64,000 nucleotides of DNA, from positions 11,346,001 through 11,410,000 of the forward strand of contig OZ024749.1 of the NCBI GenBank assembly GCA_964016885.1, in the 5' to 3' direction. A program made the translations under genes and the position numbers. Each line of letters starts with the position of its first letter. The first letter of the stretch is position 1. The notes beneath the pieces were generated by a model that was not told the origin of the DNA, made no database searches, and worked only from the letters and a program-made list of their open reading frames with translations. Origin of the DNA: Eledone cirrhosa. Lineage: Eukaryota. Below, piece by piece: positions 1 to 13,493 of the stretch.

Positions 1-1410
1 ACAGAAATATTATAACTATTACTAGAAAAGGTATATTATACAGAAATATTATAACTATTACTAGAAAAAGTATATTATACAGAAATATTATAACTATTAG
101 TAGAAAAGGTATATTATACAGAAATATTATAACTATTACTAGAAATGGTATATTATAACAGAAATATTATAACTATTACTAGAAAAGATATATTATACAG
201 AAATATAACTATTACTAGAAAAGGTATATTATACAGAAATATTATAACTATTACTAGAAAAAGTATATTATACAGAAATATAACTATTACTAGAAAAGAT
301 ATATTATAACTATTACTAGAAAAGGTATATTATACAGAAATATTATAACTATTACTAGAAAAGATATATTATACAGAAATATTATAACTATTACTAGAAA
401 AGGTATATTATACAGAAATATTATAACTATTACTAGAAAAGATATATTATACAGAAATATAACTATTACTAGAAAAGGTATATTATACAGAAATATTATA
501 ACTATTACTAGAAAAGATATATTATACAGAAATATTATAACTATTACTAGAAAAGATATATTATACAGAAATATTATAACTATTACTGGAGGCACATGGC
601 TTAGTGGTTAGAGCATTGGCCTTGCAATCGAAAGGTTGTGAGTTCAATTCTCAGACCGGGTGATGTGTTGTGTCCTTGAGCAAGACACTTTATTTCACAT
701 TGCTCCAGTTTACTCAGCTGTAGAAATGAGATGATAGGGACTGAGGTCCCTATCATTCCACTGTAAAGTGATCGTGGAGGTGCCACGGTAAAAAAGCACC
801 CAGCACTCACTGTGAATGAGGTTGGTGTTAGGAAGGGCATCCAGCTGTAGAAATCAAGCCAGAATCAGTTCCCGTCCTACCCTTGCAAGCAGGGAAAAGC
901 GGACGTAAAATGATGATGATGATGATGATTACTAGAAAAGATATATTATACAGAATTATTATAACTAGTACTAGAAAAGATATATTATACAGAAATATTA
1001 TAACTATTACTAGAAAAGGTATATTATACAGAAATATTATAACTATTACTAGAAAAGATATATTATACAGAAATATAACTATTACTAGAAAAGGTATATT
1101 ATACAGAAATATAACTATTACTAGAAAAGGTATATTATACAGAAATATAACTATTACTAGAAAAGGTATATTATACAGAAATATAACTATTACTAGAAAA
1201 GGTATATTATACAGAAATATAACTATTACTAGAAAAGGTATATTATACAGAAATATAACTATTACTAGAAAAAGTTAATTTAACAGAAATATAACTATTA
1301 CTAGAAAAGATATATTATACAGAAATATTATAACTATTACTAGAAGGTAATAGATTATATTATAACTACTACTAGAGAAGATAATAGATTATATTATAAC
1401 TACTACTAGA
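1..1410. repeat. AT-rich minisatellite, 39-42 bp unit (ACTAGAAAAGGTATATTATACAGAAATA[TTA]TAACTATT), interrupted by a SINE at 588-927
   Basis: Direct tandem periodicity, decaying after ~1320. The ORFs 290-595 and 883-1278 are translations of the repeat. Confidence 0.95.
588..927 (+). mobile_element. Full-length tRNA-derived CORE-type SINE with RTE-like tail
   Basis: A-box-like TGGCTTAGTGG and B-box-like GAGTTCAATTC; CORE-like GTCCTTGAGCAAGACACTT...CAGTTTACTCAGCTGTAGAAATG; (ATG)n tail; ATTACT flanks at 582-587 and 928-933; near-identical copy at 37533-37862. Confidence 0.88.
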
Positions 1411-1804
1411 AGGCGTAAATTAACAGCCTTCATCTAAAAATAATTCACCTAGTTTTTCTTTTTTTGTTTACTTTTTGTTATAATATAAGCTGGCAGCATC
1501 ATTATAAAAGGATTTATCTCGAGAAGGAAAAACATTTCTCCTCTTTAACACACTCAAGGTTTAATAGCTATTTCAAGGTGTCGGTATCTATGTTGTTATT
1601 TCAGAGTTGTACTTGATCTGAGACCTTGTGTTGAAACTAAAATATCTGTGGAAAAGTCATTTTAGCGATTTGAAACACACACACATAACTTCACTTTATA
1701 TAATATATATATATCATTTATTTGCTAGTGTCAAGATTTTCTTCACCTGAACTGAGTTCAAATCCTGCCAAAGTCAATGTTGCCTTTCATTGGGTGAATT
1801 ACTG

Positions 1805-1905
1805 CAGAGAGAGGGTGTGACGAGAGAGAGAGGTGGGCGAGAAAGAGAAGGTGAGAGAGAGGTGGGTGAGAGATGGGGAGGAGAAAAGGTGGGAGAGAAA
1901 TAGAA

Positions 1906-1971
<66 letters not shown>

Positions 1972-1996
1972 GGGAGAGAGAGAAGGTGGGAGAGAA
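1805..1996. repeat. (GA)n-rich low-complexity tract
   Basis: Visible dinucleotide run; a complementary (CT)-rich tract lies at ~2270-2366. Confidence 0.9.
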
Positions 1997-2448
1997 AAAA
2001 AAAAGAAAAGCTGACATTATTCAGTAAAACACTGGGATAATTGCTGGCCTTGTGCCGAAAGTAGAAACAATTATTACTAAATGAGGTGGTTGTGGTGACA
2101 GGTTGTCACATTGAAATATTTTGTACTTACTTCACCTGTTCTCATTATTACGTGTATAAAGTACCAGTAATGCACTGAGTATTTGCTGGCCTTGTGCCTA
2201 AAGTAGAAACAATTATTACATGTAATTTCTTAACTACTCATTTGGGTTCCTCCTAGGTGTGAACACTCCTATCTCACCATTTCACCTTCTTTCTCTCCCA
2301 CATTCTCTCTCTCTCTCTCCCACATTCTCTCTCTCTCTCTCCCACCTTTTCTCTCTCTCTCTCTCTAAAGGATTCCAAAGGTTTGCTCCCCTACACACCT
2401 GTAATCTTCATTGAGAACATTGGTACCTTTCACTTGACTGTTGTTTGA

Positions 2449-4793
2449 TATGTATGGAGCTAGGGGTGCCACCACCACATGTATGGAGCTAGGGGTTCCA
2501 CCACCACATGTATAGAGCTAGGGGTGCAACCACCACATGTATGGAGCTAGGGGTGTCACCACCACATGTATAGAGCTAGGGGTGCCACCACCACATGTAT
2601 AGAGCTAGGGGTGTCACCACCACATGTATGGAGCTAGGGGTGCCACCACCACATGTATAGAGCTAGGGGTGTCACCACCACATGTATGGAGCTAGGGGTG
2701 CCACCACCACATGTATAGAGCTAGGGGTGTCACCACCACATGTATGGAGCTAGGGGTGCCACCACCACATGTATAGAGCTAGGGGTGTCACCACCACATG
2801 TATGGAGCTAGGGGTGTCACCACCACATGTATAGAGCTAGGGGTGTCACCACTACATGTATAGAGCTAGGGGTGCCACCACCACATGTATAGAGCTAGGG
2901 GTGCCACCACCACATGTATAGAGCTAGGGGTGCCACCACCACATGTATGGAGCTAGGGGTGCCACCACCACATGTATAGAGCTAGGGGTGCAACCACCAC
3001 ATGTATAGAGCTAGGGGTGCCACCACCACATGTATAGAGCTAGGGGTGCCACCACCACATGTATGGAGCTAGGGGTGCCACCACCACATGTATAGAGCTA
3101 GGGGTGCAACCACCACATGTATAGAGCTAGGGGTGTCACCACCACATGTATAGAGCTAGGGGTGCCACCACCACATGTATAGAGCTAGGGGTGCCACCAC
3201 CACATGTATAGAGCTAGGGGTGCCACCACCACATGTATAGAGCTAGGGGTGCCACCACCACATGTATAGAGCTAGGGGTGCCACCACCACATGTATAGAG
3301 CTAGGGGTGTCACCACCACATGTATGGAGCTAGGGGTGCCACCACCACATGTATAGAGCTAGGGGTGCAACCACCACATGTATAGAGCTAGGGGTGTCAC
3401 CACCACATGTATAGAGCTAGGGGTGTCACCACCACATGTATAGAGCTAGGGGTGTCACCACCACATGTATAGAGCTAGGGGTTCCACCACCACATGTATA
3501 GAGCTAGGGGTGCCACCACCACATGTATAGAGCTAGGGGTGCCACCACCACATGTATAGAGCTAGGGGTGCCACCACCACATGTATAGAGCTAGGGGTTC
3601 CACCACCACATGTATAGAGCTAGGGGTTCCACCACCACATGTATAGAGCTAGGGGTGTCACCACCACATGTATAGAGCTAGGGGTGCCACCACCACATGT
3701 ATAGAGCTAGGGGTTCCACCACCACATGTATAGAGCTAGGGGTGTCACCACCACATGTATAGAGCTAGGGGTTCCACCACCACATGTATAGAGCTAGGGG
3801 TTCCACCACCACATGTATAGAGCTAGGGGTGTCACCACCACATGTATAGAGCTAGGGGTGTCACCACCACATGTATAGAGCTAGGGGTGCCACCACCACA
3901 TGTATAGAGCTAGGGGTGCCACCACCACATGTATAGAGCTAGGGGTGCCACCACCACATGTATAGAGCTAGGGGTGTCACCACCACATGTATAGAGCTAG
4001 GGGTGCCACCACCACATGTATAGAGCTAGGGGTGTCACCACCACATGTATAGAGCTAGGGGTGCCACCACCACATGTATAGAGCTAGAGGTGTCACCACA
4101 TGTATAGAGCTAGGGGTGTCACCACCACGTGTATAGAGCTAGGGGTGTCACCACCACATGTATGGAGCTAGGGGTGTCACCACCACATGTATAGAGCTAG
4201 GGGTGCCACCACCACATGTATAGAGCTAGGGGTGTCACCACCACGTGTATAGAGCTAGGGGTGTCACCACCACATGTATAGAGCTAGGGGTGCCACCACC
4301 ACATGTATAGAGCTAGGGGTGCCACCACTACATGTATAGAGCTAGGGGTGTCACCACCACATGTATAGAGCTAGGGGTGTCACCACCACATGTATAGAGC
4401 TAGGGGTGTCACCACCACATGTATAGAGCTAGGGGTGCCACCACCACATGTATAGAGCTAGGGGTGTCACCACATGTATAGAGCTAGGGGTGCCACCACC
4501 ACATGTATAGAGCTAGGGGTGCCACCACCACATGTATAGAGCTAGGCGTGCCACCACATGTATAGAGCTAGGGGTGTCACCACATGTATAGAGCTAGGGG
4601 TGTCACCACCACATGTATAGAGCTAGGGGTGTCACCACCACATGTATAGAGCTAGGGGTGTCACCACCACATGTATGGAGCTAGGGGTGCCATCACCACA
4701 TGTATGGAGCTAGGGGTGCCACCACCACATGTATAGATGGAGCTAGAGGTGTCACCACCACATGTATAGATGGAGCTAGAGGTGTCACCATCA
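2449..4793. repeat. 29-bp minisatellite (CATGTATAGAGCTAGGGGTGCCACCACCA), about 80 copies
   Basis: Head-to-tail units with a few recurrent variants (GCC/GTC/TCC/GCA; TAG/TGG) and no spacers. Confidence 0.97.
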
Positions 4794-4834
4794 CCTGCAA
4801 TATGCTTTGGCCACTAGATGCATACATATCTAGG

Positions 4835-5800
4835 TCGACTAAAATTCCCAAGATCCATGGACGAGTTCTCTCCAGCAGTCTGTGTCCTTCATCATCGCCA
4901 CTATGTCCTGCGTCTCCCAGAGACCAGTGTCTGTCCTTAGGCATTCAACATATGTCAACCTCAGTTTCCCTCTTATAGTGTCTCCATGCAGGGCCTCCCA
5001 CAGGAGCACTGAGTGCAGTGTCAACTCTGGATGTCGGTGAGCATGTCCAACTAACGTCAGTCTCCTCTGTGTCACTTTCGAGCTGACTCTTGGGAAGCTC
5101 CCATACAGCTCTGAGTTCTTCATCCTCAGTGTATACTGATTAATGTTCAGAGTCATCCTCAGCATTCTCGTGTAGCTCCCATCCACCATCTGAGTGAGTT
5201 TCTTGGTCAGTGTCCAACTCTCAGACCCGTACAGCAGCACAGACTCCACTGTAGCAACGAAGAGACAGATCTTCAGGTCTTTACAAAGGTCCGACTTCCA
5301 CACTGATCTCAAACTGTGACACACTGCCCAGGCTTTGCTCTTCCTCTCAACCACATCTTCCTCCATGTTCCCAATCTTTGCTCCCAGATACAGGAAGTCC
5401 TCAACCAACTATAGCGGCTTCCTGCCTACATTCACAATCTTCTCTGGCTTCTTAATGTTCTCTACCAGATACTTCATCTCATTCATTCTTAGCCCCACAC
5501 TCATTGATAGTCTCCACCTCCTGCATCCTCTGCTTCCTTCACTGTTTTTTTCACCAGAACTATGTCGTCAGCAAATTCAGCATCTGATATTTTTTCGCCT
5601 TAACTCTCCTGCTCTGAGCCAGAGTCCTGGTGTTTCGCCAGCGCAAGGCGCATACAATAGTCCACTGCGATGATAAAAAGGTAGGGAGCCAATGTACTTC
5701 TCTGGAGCACTCCAGCCAGTATCTCAAAGAACTCCATCATCCAATCAGGAGTAATGACTTGGGCTCTGGTGTTAGTGTAGAGCAGTGATATCAGGTCCAC
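4835..5800 (-). mobile_element. 5'-truncated, frameshifted RTE-clade LINE (RT C-terminal part)
   Basis: GVLQRSTLAPYLFII, FLYLG, VESVLLYGSESWTL, RRLTLVGH; same-family 3' fragment at 56438-56680 (+). Confidence 0.85.
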
Positions 5801-6002
5801 TATATATATTGTAAAAAGTTAGTGCCGACGGCTGAGCTCCCGCCATTTTGACAGGCACTAACACTTTGCAACACCTACACTCTACTTTCCCAAATATTGA
5901 ATACTTAGCTGAACAAGGGTCTTACTAATCTAAACTGGTCTTACTAATCTAAACCCAATTAATATATATACTGTGGAACTTCGGTTCACAAACACTGCTC
6001 AA

Positions 6003-6270
6003 CATCATCATCATCATCGCCATTTTACATCCATTCTTCCACGCTAGCATGGGTTAGACGGGTTGTCCTGTTGTGGGCAATGCCAGGTCAGGTGACCATG
6101 TCTTGCTCATACAGAACTGATTTGGGCTTTTCTACAGCTGGATGGCCTTCCTAACACCAACCTCATTTATAGTGAGTGCTGGGTGCTTTTTACCATGACA
6201 CCTACACAACCTCTTTACAGTGTGGACTGGGTGCATTTTTGTCGTAACACTTACACGACTACTTTACAGT
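6003..6270 (-). mobile_element. SINE 3' fragment with (ATG)n tail
   Basis: Matches the 3' half of the 588-927 SINE plus an alternative tail (CCCGTCTAACCCATGCTAGCGTGGAAG). Confidence 0.75.
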
Positions 6271-6299
6271 GGGAGGAGGGGGGGGGAGGATATTGTCTA

Positions 6300-6790
6300 T
6301 AGGCTTCAGCTTTGGCTTGTACCTGAGGGAAGTCGGGTCTTCTGCATTACTGTGTAATGTCAGAGGTCTTGGTCATGTGTCATCGCCTTTGAGAGGTGCA
6401 ATTAGGCAAGGCCAGCTTTTATCACCTCATCCCAGGTCTTCTTCGTTTCCCCACTCCAAGGCTTCCATTGACTTTTAGTGTTCTGCACCTTTTTATGCAG
6501 CTGTTATTCTTCATACGCATTACATGTCCATACCAATGCAACCTCCTCTCCTGCACACAGCATTTGATTCCTCTTATGCCTAGTCTCTCTATCAATTCGT
6601 TTATGTTTTGCCGTTCGCGTATATTACTATTACACATCCATTGGAGCATGCAAGCTTCGTTTCTTTCTAATCTACGCACGTCTTCTGCACACAACGCCCA
6701 GGTCTCACTACCAAGCAACATTGCTGTTCGTATGCACGCATCATACAGTCTGCCTTTCATTTTAAGGGAAAAGCTTTTTGCAGCTAGCAG
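6300..6790 (-). mobile_element. RTE LINE 3' fragment
   Basis: KGRLYDACIRTAMLLGSETWA...RRLHWYGHVMRM, homologous to 32838-33209. Confidence 0.85.
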
Positions 6791-7049
6791 TAGTACTTCA
6801 ACACGATCAAATCGGTTCACAAACAATTTTTCCGAACATAAAACATCTTGTGTGATAAACAGTGTCTCTAGTAATGAACACACAAGCCAGCAACAACAGT
6901 TGTCGGCAAGCTGGGAGTATCGGTGCGAAAGCGTCATTTGCTCTCAGTAGTTAGTTACTATGGTGATATCTTTCTGTCATATACACTCTCTCTCACTGTA
7001 TTACTCTCTTAACATTTTGTATGGGAAAAAATAGTTTCAGTTTACAAAC

Positions 7050-7872
7050 ATTTTGGGTGACAGCAGGTGTTTGACATAAACCCTCAGGCCAGCAATACTC
7101 AGACACTCGATGAGTGCATGCAGGATGGTTTTGTTGCCCTGCACACATTTCAGACAAGCTTGGCTGACAACACTTCCATGTGTGTAGAGTTGATCTCAAA
7201 CTGGCAAAGCTTCTTGGTAGCACTGAAACAAAAATTCCTATGGCTTTGCAAGAAACATCCGCGCAACAACTATTATTCACACTACAACAAGAGGCAGTCA
7301 AGAAACTACCATCACTGAGATTACCAACAATTCAAGTCCCAGACTTGACAGGATCACTATTACACGAAGAACTTAAACTTCTCAGGCTTGGCCCAAAATT
7401 TATATTGACTCAGCAACTAGACGACTGGATTAAACTAAATCTTGAAGCCAGCTTTTGCTGAGCTGCCTACCAACTCAAATGGCTCTGTCATAAACAACAC
7501 CACTGACAACATCACCACTACTGCGATGAACACCACCAATTTCCTATATACCACTCAGACCACCCACTCTCTCCACTGCATGTCAACCGAGAGCTTAACC
7601 TCAAACTCTCTAGACTTAAGCAGTCTGTTTTTAGCATATTGCAGAAACATAAGAAGATACTCTCTAACCTCACCAGGAAACAACACCTCTTTCTAAACAA
7701 CATGCGAGAGAAGGACATCAACACCACCTGGACGAAGACAACTCCCCAACAAATATAAAAACAACCTCCCCACCAGATACAGCAGACTGCCAACATTCTA
7801 CCACCTCATTAAAACCCACAAAACCAGTGTTAATCTCCAGATTAGACCAATTGTATCGAGTATAGAAGGACT
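7050..7872 (+). mobile_element. Decayed Penelope-like element, N-terminal region and start of RT
   Basis: LLRLGPKF and FYHLIKTHK...IRPIVSSIEG resemble the conserved PLE motifs L.LG.KF and FY.LPK.HK...RPIVS. Confidence 0.6.
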
Positions 7873-7884
7873 CCTCTATATATT

Positions 7885-9690
7885 GATTTGCAAAATTTGT
7901 GATCTCTTCTTAATCTGGGAATCAGGATCAGTTCCATAGGAGTTTAAGGATGCATCTATTGTCCATCTTTACAAGCACAAAGGCATTAGATGCAAATGCA
8001 ACAACCATAGAGGTATTTCCCTTCTGTGTTGCTGGAAAAATTCTTGGCAGTGTTATCTTGAACAGACTTAACGCTCTGGCCAATTCAGTCTTGCTTGAGT
8101 CACAGTGTGGCTTTCGGGATTATAGAAGCACCATGGACATGATTTTCAGTCTGAGGCAACTGCAGGAAAAAGCACACGGGAACACAAAAGCATCTCTTTG
8201 TCCTTTTCGTTGATCTTACAAAAACTTTTGACACTGTTTCCAGGGACGCTTTTTGGGTTGTCCTTAAGAAGTTAGGTGTTCCAGAAAAGATGCTTAATAT
8301 CATCATCTCTTTCCAACGGGGGATGATTGCTTCAGTTAGAACCAGCAGAGAAGTGTCCGACCCATTCACTGTTTCAAATGGAACAAAACAAGGGTGCGTT
8401 CTTGCACCACTCCTATTTGCATTGTAATTCTTTGTCATGATGGAAACAACTTTTGAGAATGTCAAAGAGGGAGTGAGGTTTGAATATGAAACAAGTGGTG
8501 GCTTCTTCAACCAATAACGCCACAAAACAAGAACTAAGACCATAGTGCAAACTGCTTGTGACCTGCTCTTTGCAGACGACTGTGCACGTGTGGCCCACAA
8601 GCTTGAGCAAATGCAGTGGATCACTGACAACTTCTCTCACACATCTAATGCTTTTCTTCTGACCATAAGTATTAAAAAGATGGAGCTTGTCCACCAGCCT
8701 TCCCATAACTATCCTCCCGCTGTTGTTTCTATGGAAAGGTCTTGAAAACTGTTTCCTCCTTCACCTGTCTTAACTCCATTCTATCCAATGATGTAAAGAT
8801 AAACTAAGAAATAGTGCGCAGTATTAGGAAGGTGAGCTCTGCCTTTGGTAGGCCTTACCACAGGCTTTGGAACACGCACAATGTCCCATTAAGGGTGAAA
8901 ATTCATGTGTACAGGTCGGTAGTACTGACATCGCTACTCTATGGTGCTGGATCATGGACTCTGTACCGAAAGCACATCAGTCAGCTTGATGTTTTTCACA
9001 TGTGATGCTTACGTACCATCTGCAACATAAAACTAACCAATTACATTAGAAACAATGAGGGTCTAACTAAATGTAACGTATCAGGCATTGAAGCTATCCT
9101 CATCAAAGTCCAGCTCAGGTGAACAGGACATGTTTCTTGTATGAGAGATAGCAGACTTCCTAAGTTTTTAGGGTCAATTTCCGACAGGGAGGCTAGTTAG
9201 ACGACCACTCATGCGCTTCAAAAAACAAACTCAAGGACAATTTGAAACAATGCAACATCCCCTTCTCTTCGTGGGAGAAGAAAGCATCAGAAGATAAGAA
9301 CTGGGGCTTGTGTCGCTTCTCATCTAATCAAAAGTAGGAGTGGCATTAACTTGAACATCGTGACCAACTACATGCAAATATCAATGCCTGCTGGCAGCAT
9401 GCTGCTCCTCAAAATGGCTACCTTACTTGCCACCGTGGTTTTATCACACAGAACAAAGTGAGCCTTGCAGTCCACTCGAGGAAACGTGGTGGGTGATCCA
9501 CAGACTCTCAAGTAGAATGAGTCTGTGACATGCTCCATCTGTCAAAAGGTTTGCCTGACCACTGCAGGCCAGCTGTATGACAACTGCGCACCTCCATAGA
9601 CATGGAATCTAGACACACTAACATTTATTTTTTATTTTTAAAAAAATCCTTGCTGTACCCTCATTTATCATTCGCAATGAGAGAATCCAG
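7885..9690 (+). mobile_element. Decayed RTE (BovB-like) LINE RT region
   Basis: EFKDASIVHLYK, ESQCGFR, MDMIFSLRQLQEK, GTKQGCVLAP, LFADD, SLLYGAGSWTL; many frameshifts and stops. Confidence 0.85.
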
Positions 9691-9742
9691 CATATATAAA
9701 TGTGTGTATGTATATAAATATATATTTTTTTAATATAGAAAT

Positions 9743-9794
9743 GGCTTCTACAGGACTAGAACTGTTTCATTCGGGAAAAAATCCTCAGGAAGCC
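9743..9794 (-). ncRNA. Type I hammerhead ribozyme in a ~125-bp palindrome (9728-9853), probable inverted PLE pLTR
   Basis: Minus strand GGCTTC-CTGAGGA-13 nt-GAAA-CAG..CTG-TA-GAAGCC gives a 6-bp helix I and a GUA site; helix II is weak. A mirror core lacking the helix I 5' strand is at 9794-9838 (+). Confidence 0.7.
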
Positions 9795-9937
9795 TGATGA
9801 TTTCTCCCAAATGAAACAGTTCTAGTCCTGTAGAAGCCATTTCTATATTAAAAATGTATACTCTGCTATGTATTGAGTACCTTACTTACTGTGGTTACCC
9901 CCGATTGAACCCGGGATAAACTTTTATTTATATATAT

Positions 9938-10130
9938 ATCATCATCATCATTACCGTTTTATGTCCGTTCATCCACGCTAGCATGGGTTAGATGGGTTGT
10001 CCTGTTGTGGGAAGTAGCCGGTCGGCTGACCATGTCATGCTCATACGGGAACTGATTCTGGCTTGATTTCTACAGCTGGATGCCCTTCCTAACACCAACC
10101 TCATTTACAGTGAGTGCTGGGTGCTTTTTT
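9938..10130 (-). mobile_element. SINE 3' fragment
   Basis: Same sequence as 6003-6190 and 52572-52735. Confidence 0.75.
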
Positions 10131-10639
10131 TCCATACTTTGGCAGGGTCATGTTGCCAATAAAAACATAAGCACCTGTAAGCTTTCACTTCAAATTATTA
10201 TAAGTTTTCGGTTGGTTGGTTAGTTAGTTCGATAACCGGAAGCTTGTTTATATATTGTCAAAGATCTTTCATCACACAATCTGTGACCTCCTCAGTGACT
10301 TGACTAGGTTTTTATTTTGTGTCTCTTTTGTTCTGTCCTACACTATCTTGTTTTTGTGTGTTGTGTGACAACACACAAAACAAGATGGAATAACGAAAAC
10401 AACCATGGAATTATATGTCACAAACTACACAGACTCGACATAACTAGTAAAGTAGGTGAGTGGCTGATCACTTCTTAAAAGACAAAATCCAGACTGTTGC
10501 AGTCAATGGGGCCCCTCTCAAAGAAAACATCAATAATAAGCTGAGTGCCCCAGGGAACTGTTTTAAGGCTACTTCTGTTTGTGGTGGCTCTCTCCATTCA
10601 CAGGATTCAGAAGTAGAGGACTGCATTGGTATGAATATG

Positions 10640-10858
10640 TGATCATTGGGTGAAGAAGTGCCAAGAAATTCCAGTGGAAGGAAACTGCAGTAGAACAGGA
10701 CCAAGGAAGATTTGAGCAGAAGTGGTGAGAACTGATCTCAAATCTCTGAAACTCACAGTGAACATGACAAGGAATCGAGACGTGGATAGATGTTGTGTTG
10801 AAAAAGACAAGCCCAACCCATGCAAGCATGGAACAATGGACATAAAAATTATGATGAT
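10640..10858 (+). mobile_element. RTE LINE 3' end
   Basis: Homologous to 33145-33365; ends in an ATGATGAT tail. Confidence 0.7.
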
Positions 10859-10865
10859 ATATATA

Positions 10866-11444
10866 TGAGGTGTGTCAGAAAAGTAACGACTTAGTGTTCT
10901 ATGTGAGCTATGAGTGGGTGGGGATTAGTGGGTTGTGTGACGTAATACCTGGGGAGTATATAACTGTAATCTCAACTCTCTGCAGATGAGACTATGTCGC
11001 GCTCACGAGTTTTTGAGTGGCACAAAAGGTTCAAAGAGGAACGCAAAGACAACTCCCAGAAGTGGAAGGCTTTCAACAAGCAGGATTAAGGCCAACATTG
11101 AACGCGTGAGGCATGTGATGCATGACAATGGTCAGCTGACTGTTCGAGTGGTCGCAAGTGAGCTGGGCATGAATCGTAACATTTGGAAAATGATCACAGA
11201 TTTGGGTGTGCAGAAGATCTGCACAAAGATGGTGCCAAAGCTGCTGAACAGTAACCATGCAGGTGTTGTGTCAGGATATCATTGAGCATCTTGAAACTGA
11301 ACCAAGACTTGTTTTCCTTCCATGGAGGGGAAGGATGGAAAAGTGCATTAGATTCAAAAGTGATTATTTCAAAGGGGAAAACTTGTAGTTTGGATTTGAA
11401 ATATTTTGGGAACCCCATTCCTGTTTCTTTTCTGACACATCTCA
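10866..11444 (+). mobile_element. Internally deleted mariner (Tc1/mariner) element
   Basis: 18-bp TIRs TGAGGTGTGTCAGAAAAG / CTTTTCTGACACATCTCA flanked by TA; transposase remnant PRSGR...LTVRVVASELG...KMVPKLL (WVPxxL-like). Confidence 0.85.
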
Positions 11445-12852
11445 TATCTACATGTCATCAATCTTGGCACTTGTCAGACAAAATGTTGTGCAGTATTTAA
11501 CGACTTTACATTATATTCTAAGTTCAAATCCTGCCATGGTCAACTTGGTCTTTCACCCTTCCAGGGTCAATAAAACAAAGTACCAATCTGGGGGCAATTT
11601 AATCAGTTTTCTCTTCCCCAAAATTTCTAGCCTTCTGCCTAAAGTAAAAATTATTTATACATCGTCTTTTAGCTTGACAGATGTTGACACAATAACATAT
11701 GAGCCAAACCTTCCTCAAACCAGACCCAATTTTAAAGAGAACATTTACTACATAATGTACTTTTAAAATCAGCAGCTGGAACAAGTTGTCTTGTAACTAA
11801 TATTACTTAGAGATGTAGGAGAAAGCTATCTCTGAGAAGCTTATGAAAATAATTATAGTCAAAACATATAGAAGGTTGAATCCAACTTCAGTTATGCCAG
11901 AATATGGTAAATGATTAGTGCTAGACTTAATTATAAGCCATACCTTAAGGCTACACACTCTCACTTTTTAATATAGAGTTTTTATTTTAGCATTAGTTTT
12001 CATTCTTTAACACTAAATCATCAAAAATGATATCTACTCTTAAGTACAACCATAGTATTGGTCATAGATGGCCATAGTAATGATGGTCAGATATGGTCAG
12101 AGTTGGCTGTAGAAAAGAATGAAAAGCAAAGTTCACTTTAGTGGGATTTGAATTCAGAGTTCAGTGAGCTGAAACAAAATGACCCTGCTCTGGCAGTTCC
12201 ATGCCACCCAAGATAAATCACCCCTCCCCCTCCCCGAGCAAAACTACTCTTTTGTAACAGGTCAATCCTGATCAAACACTATATTCAAAGCCTTCAACAT
12301 ACTGTCTTTTTCACTTTTTAATTATATTTTCTGACAAAATATACCTCGGACTACATTATCCAATGTATCATTTCTAAAGCAGTAAGGATGTGATTGAGGA
12401 AAATTGTGTTGCTATTTCTAGTAGGTCAAGAAACACTGTAAGAGCTCCCTCATTGGTTCTTGTAATCAACAAATATTACGTTAGATGAGTAGTTGGTAAA
12501 CGTTTTAGAGGTTGACTGAATTGGAAATATTTTTATGAATTGTAGGCCAAAGCCTATATATAATTGAAGCCCTGATAATGGAAACAGCTTCTTTTTTCAC
12601 CATTATTTCATAATTACAGATTTAAAAACATTTCTTTTATTAAGTCACAGCAGGCTCAGAAATTATGTACAGAATAATTCATTTGAATGAATTAGAACAA
12701 TGAAATAACACAAACCAGCTAACCCTCCATGGTTTCATTAAAAACAACCATGTATTAAAGATCAATGTGACATTTTTAATGTTTTATATGATGTGTGTAT
12801 GTATATGTATATGCACACATATATATATATGTATATTTTATCATGATATATG

Positions 12853-12917
<65 letters not shown>

Positions 12918-12919
<2 letters not shown>

Positions 12920-13485
12920 GGCTTACTGGTTAGAGCATTGAACTTGCAATCGTAAGGTTGTGAGTTTGATTCTCATACCAGGTGATGCGTTGTTTCCTTG
13001 AGCAAGACACTTTATTTCATGTTGCTCCAGTTAACTCAGTTGTAGAAATGAGTTGCAACGTCACTTGGTGCCAAGCTGTATTAGCCATTGCCTTTCCCTT
13101 GGACATCATCGGTGGCATAGAGAGGGGAGGCTGGTATGTATGGGCGACTGCTGGTCTTCCACAGACAACCTTGCCCGGATTTGTGCTTTGGAAGGAAATT
13201 TTCTAGGTGCAAATCGTGACCGAAGGGGGTCTTTACCCCTTTATATGTGTATATACTATGCTGGTACCACAAAACATCCAGCCCACACTGTAAAGAGGTC
13301 GTGTAAAAAGCACCCAGCCCACACTATAAATGTGATTGGCGTTAGGAAGGGCCTCCAGCCATAGAAAACCACCCAGAAACACTCCTATATGAGCGAGACA
13401 CAGTCACGCAACCCAACTTGCCTCTAAATGGGACAAACCTGTCTAACCCATGCTAGCATGGAAGATAGACGTTAATCGATAATGA
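12918..13485 (+). mobile_element. CORE-type SINE, longer composite variant
   Basis: tRNA-like head and CORE as in 588-927, a different middle, and a type 2 RTE-like tail. Confidence 0.75.
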
Positions 13486-13493
13486 TATATATA

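Noticed and set aside
588-660. tRNA gene
   Set aside because: It is a tRNA-derived SINE head continuing into CORE and tail, with no convincing acceptor stem.
4770-4810. GDGDTSS on the minus strand at the array edge, resembling a Mutator-like DGD motif
   Set aside because: The surrounding residues give no further support.
5818-5862. 9-bp inverted repeat around GCCATTTT
   Set aside because: Too short, with no TSD or second copy seen.
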